Positions 34,940 to 40,328 of a DNA stretch of 40,328 nt are shown here, in pieces. Under the pieces are notes generated by a model. The model searched no databases, was not told the DNA's origin, and saw only the letters and a list, made by a program, of their open reading frames with translations. This stretch comes from Chiloscyllium plagiosum (lineage: Eukaryota): contig NC_057749.1 of NCBI RefSeq assembly GCF_004010195.1, positions 15,433,726 to 15,474,053 on the forward strand. The letters run 5' to 3'. Each line of letters begins with the position of its first letter. The first letter of the stretch is position 1. Made by a program: the position numbers and the translations under genes.

Positions 34940-36880
34940 ATAGAACATAGAACATTACAGTTCAGTACAGGCCCTTCGAACCTCGATGTTGTGCCGACCT
35001 GTCATACCAATCTGAAGCCCATCTCACCTGCACTATTCCATGTGCGTCCATATGCTTGTCCAATGACGACTTAAATGTACTTAAAGTTGGCGAATCTAGT
35101 ACTGTTGTAGGCAAAGCAATCCATGCCCTTAGTACACTCTGAGTAACAAAACTACTCTGACATCTGTCCTATGTCTATCACCCCTCAATTGAAAGCTATG
35201 CCACCACGTGCTCGCCGTCACCATTCTTGGAAAAAGGCTCACCTTGTCGACCCTATCTAACCCTCTGATTATCTTATATGTCTCTATTAAGTCACCTCTC
35301 AAACTTCTTCTTTCTATCGGAAACAATCACAAGTCCCTCTACACGAGGCAACATCCCAGTAAATCTCCTCTGCACACTTTCAAAGCTTCCACATCCTTCG
35401 TATGATGCAGTGACCAGAACTGTACACAATGCTACAAGTGCTGCCGCACTAGAGTTTTGTACAGCTGTACCATAACCTCATGTCTCCGGAACTCGCTGCC
35501 TCTATTAAAAAAAGCTAAAACACTGTATGCCTTCTTAACAACCCTGTCAACCTTGGGAGCAACTTTCATGGATCTGTGTACCTGGAGACCGAGATCTCTC
35601 TGCTCATCTACACTACCAAGAAAATTACCATTAGCCTATTACTTTGCATTCCGGTTACTCTGACCAAAGTGAATCACCTCACACTTGTCCGCACTAAAGC
35701 TCATTTTCCACCTCTCAGCCCAGTTCTGCACCTTATCTATGTCTTTCTGTAACCTAAACATCCTTCGTCACTATCCACAACTCTACCGACCGTAGTCTCG
35801 CCTGCAAATTTACTAACTCACTCTTCTAAACCCTCATCCAGCACGATTAGAAAAATGACGAACAGAAGTGGATCCAACACCGACCCTTGCGGTACACCAC
35901 TGGTAACTGGACTCCAGGAAGAACATTTCCCATCAACCACCGCCCTCTGTCTTCTTTCAGCAAGCCAATTACTGATCCAAACTGCTATATTTCTCACAAT
36001 CCAATTCCTCCCCATTTTGTACAATCGCCTATTGTGGGGAACCTTATCGAACGCCTTGCTTAAATTCATATGCACATCAATCGGTTTACTCTCATCTACC
36101 TGTTTCATCGCCTTTTCAAAGAACTCAATAAGGTTTGGAAGGCACGACCTACCCTTCACAAAACCGTGTTGATATATCCCTAATAAAATTATTCGTTCCT
36201 AGATCATTATAAATCCTATATTTTATATCCTTATCCAACACTTTACCAACAACTGAAGTAAGGCTCACTGGTCTATAATTGCCAGGATTGTCTCTACACC
36301 TTCAACAGGGGAACCACATTTTATATCCTCCAGTCTTCTGGCACGATTTCTGTTAAAAATGACGTTTTAAAGATCAATGCCAAAGGCTCGGCAATCTCCT
36401 CGCTAGCTTCCCAGAGGATCCTAGGATAAAACCAAACCGGCCCAGGGGACTTATCTATTTTCACACTCTGCAGGATTTCTAATACATTTCCCTTGTGAAC
36501 TTCATCACACATAGTCTAGTAGCCTGCATATCAGTAATCTCCTCGACAACGTTGTCGTTTTCTAGAGTGAATACTGTTGAAAAGTATTCATTTAGTGCTT
36601 TACCTATCTCCTCTGACTCTACACACAACTTCCCACTACTATCCGTGATTGGCCCTAATCTTAATCTCGTCATTCGTTTATTACTTAAGTACCTGTAGAA
36701 AGCCTTAGGGTTTACCCTGATCCTATCTGCCAACAACTTCTCATGCTTCCTCCAGTCTGTTCTGTCTCTTTAGGTCTTTCCTGGCTACTTTGTGACCCTC
36801 AAGAGCCCTAACTGAGCCTTCACATCTCATCCTAACATAAGCCTTCTTCCTCTTGACAAGAGATTCCACTTCCTCCGTAA
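34940..36880 (-). mobile_element. CR1 LINE, 5'-truncated (RT to 3' tail)
   Basis: [48 protein letters not shown] tail. Confidence 0.92.
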
Positions 36881-37544
36881 AGTGTTCATTTTCAAAGAAA
36901 TAACTTTGCGTCATTCTGACAAACCACATGGCAAGGTTTGAAACAATATGTTGGAAAACATGGCAGTTCAATTAAACATCCTGCGGATATTATCAACTTA
37001 AATTCCAAAGCCAGTACATATGAGCACAAATCCAAACACTCAGCATGTCAGTACTTCTGTTGACTATCTGGATAAAAAAGAACATTCTCACTTTCTCCAT
37101 ATTAATGAAGCTTCGAAACCTCGTTATTGTGATTCTTAGCGAACGTAAAAATGTAAAAGTCTGATAATTTGTCAAACCTCCATGACAGTCATTGTTGTTT
37201 TTGTGCATTGCCTCCACCAGTAAAATGTACTTACATTAACACATGAATGATAGAGGCAGAGACAAAAGAATAGTCCAACCTGAACTGACAGTATTGTGGA
37301 AGGAGAGACAATGATAAACGTTCAAGTGTAATAAATTAAGATGATTAATTAAAGAATTTGAAATTGAAATGTTAGCGCGATTTCACTCTCCAGTGATGCT
37401 TCCATAACTGCAAATTAGGTTCACCATCTATTTTTGTTCCCAAAAATTCTTATTTCGTCATGCAGTTGATAACTTTGATTCACGTAAAATTCTTGGCAGT
37501 CTGCAAAGGCTTATCTGCATTCCAACGGTTACAAAGTAACGTCA

Positions 37545-38870
37545 TCTGTAGGAGATAACTTTCAGAAAAGTGATCACATTTTCATAACATTTTAGAATTC
37601 TAATGGGTAAAGGCAAGAGTGGTCCCAAAGGAAGAATGCTAAATTGGAGGAAGGCCAACTCTACCAAAATTCGACAGGAGCTGGGAAATGTAGATTGGGA
37701 GTAGCTATTTGAACGGGAAAGCACATTCGATACGTGGGAGGCTTTTAAACAGAGTTTGATTAGAATTCAGGAGAAATATGTTTCTATGAAAATGACGGAT
37801 ACACATGGCAAAATGAGGGAATCATTGATGATAGGTGAAATTGTGAGAATTGTTAAAAGAAGAAAGGATGCATCCGTAAGGTATGGGCGACTGAAGACAG
37901 ACAAAACTTTGGATTAATATTGGAATGCAGGACCCATCTGAAACTAGGAGGTATGAGGGCTAAAAGGGGCCATGAGATATCCTGCGCGAGCAGGGTTAAG
38001 GAATGCCTCAAAGCCTTTTCTTCATATATACATACAAGAGGGTAACTCGGGAAAAGGGTTGGCCATCTGAAAGGACAAAGGAAGAAATTTATGCGTAGAG
38101 TCACAGAAAATGGGAGACATTCTTAAAGTGTATATTTCATTCGTATTTACTGTGGACAGGAGTATGGCGGAAGTTGAAGTTAGGGAAAGATTTTTAATTC
38201 CTCAAGGTCAATTCAACATAAAGGGCAAGGAAGTGCTGTGTATTCTAAAAGGAATTAAGGTGAACAAGTCCCCAGCTCCGGATGGGATCTGTCCCAATTT
38301 AACGAGGAAAGTGAATGAAGAAATAGCTGGAGCTTGAACAGATATGCTTGCAGCATCCTTTAAAATGGGGGATGTTTCAGAGGACTGTAGAATTGCTCAT
38401 GTTGTCCCATTGTTTGTGAAGGGCAGCAGGGATATTCTAGTTAATTGTAGACATGTGAACATGTGTCCGAGGTATGGAAGCTACTGCAGAATATACAAAG
38501 GAATAGGATATATACACGTTTGAAAGAAAATGGGGTTATCAGTGATAGGTAGCATGGTTCTGTGCAGGGAAGATCATGCCTTACTAAACTAACAGTATGC
38601 TTTGAAAAGGTGACAAATTGGATTGATGAGGGAATGGATGTCGATGTCATATACAGGGACTTTTTAAAGCGTTTAATAAGGTTCCTCATAGTTGGCTGAT
38701 GAAGGAAATGAAGTCGCATGTGGTCCAGGGTGTTCTCGCTCGATGGAGCGCAACACGAGAGTAGTGGAAGGGAGATTGTCAAACTGGAGACCTATGACCA
38801 GTGGTATCCCACGGGGATCCTTGCTGGGACCACTGCTGTTTGTGATTTCCATAAATGATTTGGAGGTTTG
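37545..38870 (+). mobile_element. CR1 LINE ORF2 fragment
   Basis: [33 protein letters not shown], with stops. Confidence 0.88.
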
Positions 38871-38880
38871 TGTAGGTTTA

Positions 38881-38891
38881 CTATCTTTCTT

Positions 38892-38972
<81 letters not shown>

Positions 38973-39064
38973 NNNNNNNNNNNNNNNNNNNNNNNNNNNN
39001 NNNNNNNNNNNNNNNNNNNNNNNTATCTATCTATCTATCTATCCAACGTTCTATCTATCTATCC

Positions 39065-39101
<37 letters not shown>

Positions 39102-39102
39102 C

Positions 39103-39141
<39 letters not shown>
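38881..39141. repeat. (TATC)n / GATA tetranucleotide array with an internal gap (38973-39023)
   Basis: Directly visible. Confidence 0.97.
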
Positions 39142-40328
39142 GAGATACCATGCCTACGTATGTTGTGATAATTGCATTGAGTGAACAGCGTTTAATTATC
39201 TTTTCTTCCACACTTGATGCACCTGACATTGTATTCACTTGCAATCACGAAAACGGGACAGTTATATTGGCTGTGTTCTTGCTTATTTTTCGTGCTGTAA
39301 AACATTTTATTATGAATTGTGTTGTGCCCTGCAGGATGTTTACAGGAACTGACAGATATTGAAAATAGATTTTCTGACTATTCTGAAGTATCGGTATAGT
39401 GTTGCTGAGAAACTTAGCAAAAGAATTATTCTTGTTATGGACATGCTTTGGGAAAGAAGATAAAGCAACATTTGATTGCACAACAATACAAAATCGGGAT
39501 ATATGTCATTTACTTGTAATATTGGAAAGGTGTACAGCTTAAGAGTGGATCATAAAAAATATTAATAATGCGTTAATGGGAATATAGATGCAGGGTGCAA
39601 TTCTTATAGAGCATTGGCAAGTGAAAGACAGTGAATTTCTAATTTCATGTAATTGACTTGACAATTTGAATTTCAGCAAAATGTCTTCAAAGATGGCAAC
39701 AATATTTGTCGACGAGTGAGAGGCAGCGGGATAGAGAGAGAGCGAATGAGGCTTACAGAAAGAGATAGATTTACAGGGAGAAGAGAGAGACGCAATGAGT
39801 GCTAACTTAAAAAAACACGTTTTTTGACTTAAACTGAAAACAGTTTGGTCATTCTAAAATATGAGACACTCAACACACAATCCACGTATTTTAATATATA
39901 ATTTCAGTTACGTCGTGCTGTAAACTGTTGCTATAAATTCTGTGTCTTACAATCTTATCCTCTACAATCTCCTAATGAATGAGCAGCGCTCCAAACGATA
40001 GTGCTTCCAAATAAACCTGTTGGACTATAAATTGTATTGTGTGATTTATACCTGAGAGAGAGAGAATCGTATTGCAATTGGGAGATAAAAATCCACAGGA
40101 ATCTTGATTTACGGTATTCAGTAAAGATATTACAACAATAGATAGCTGCCATGCAATTATCTTTTTTTTTGTCGTACAGACAATTAAAATTGCAATAACG
40201 TATTTAATGAGCCAATTTAAATCACGAAAATGATCAGTTGATGAAGTATTGTAATTTTCCTCCTCCACGAAACATCTTCAGGCCAGGATACAATCAGTTA
40301 TGTTCGTGTACATTTACTTCATTAAGTA

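Noticed and set aside
38692..39362. (IYLS)n ORFs
   Set aside because: Translation of the TATC microsatellite.
39955..40268. Hydrophobic minus-strand ORFs at the window end
   Set aside because: No recognisable domain or convincing splice context.

Overview
Vertebrate genomic DNA. The repeat content (HE1-type V-SINEs, Deu-domain SINEs, CR1 LINEs, Penelope-like elements) points to a shark; this is inference, not a database match. Genic content is read from splice signals rather than the ORF track. (1) A three-exon CART (cocaine- and amphetamine-regulated transcript) prepropeptide-like gene on + (TATA 19765; exons 19879-19993, 22317-22400, 23634-23741). Exons 2-3 are intact with all six Cys, but exon 1 has ACG in place of ATG, a damaged signal peptide and a frameshift that an alternative acceptor 7 nt downstream would repair. 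(2) The 5' end of an unidentified minus-strand gene (coding exons 3288-3376 and 506-683) behind an RFX X-box/CCAAT/GC-box promoter. (3) An RPS24 processed pseudogene inserted inside a SINE within that gene's intron. The rest is mostly retroelement debris, including Penelope termini with minimal hammerhead-ribozyme motifs. A 500-N gap (26699-27198) separates a CpG-depleted left side from a visibly CpG-richer, repeat-dense right side. Repeat boundaries are approximate.
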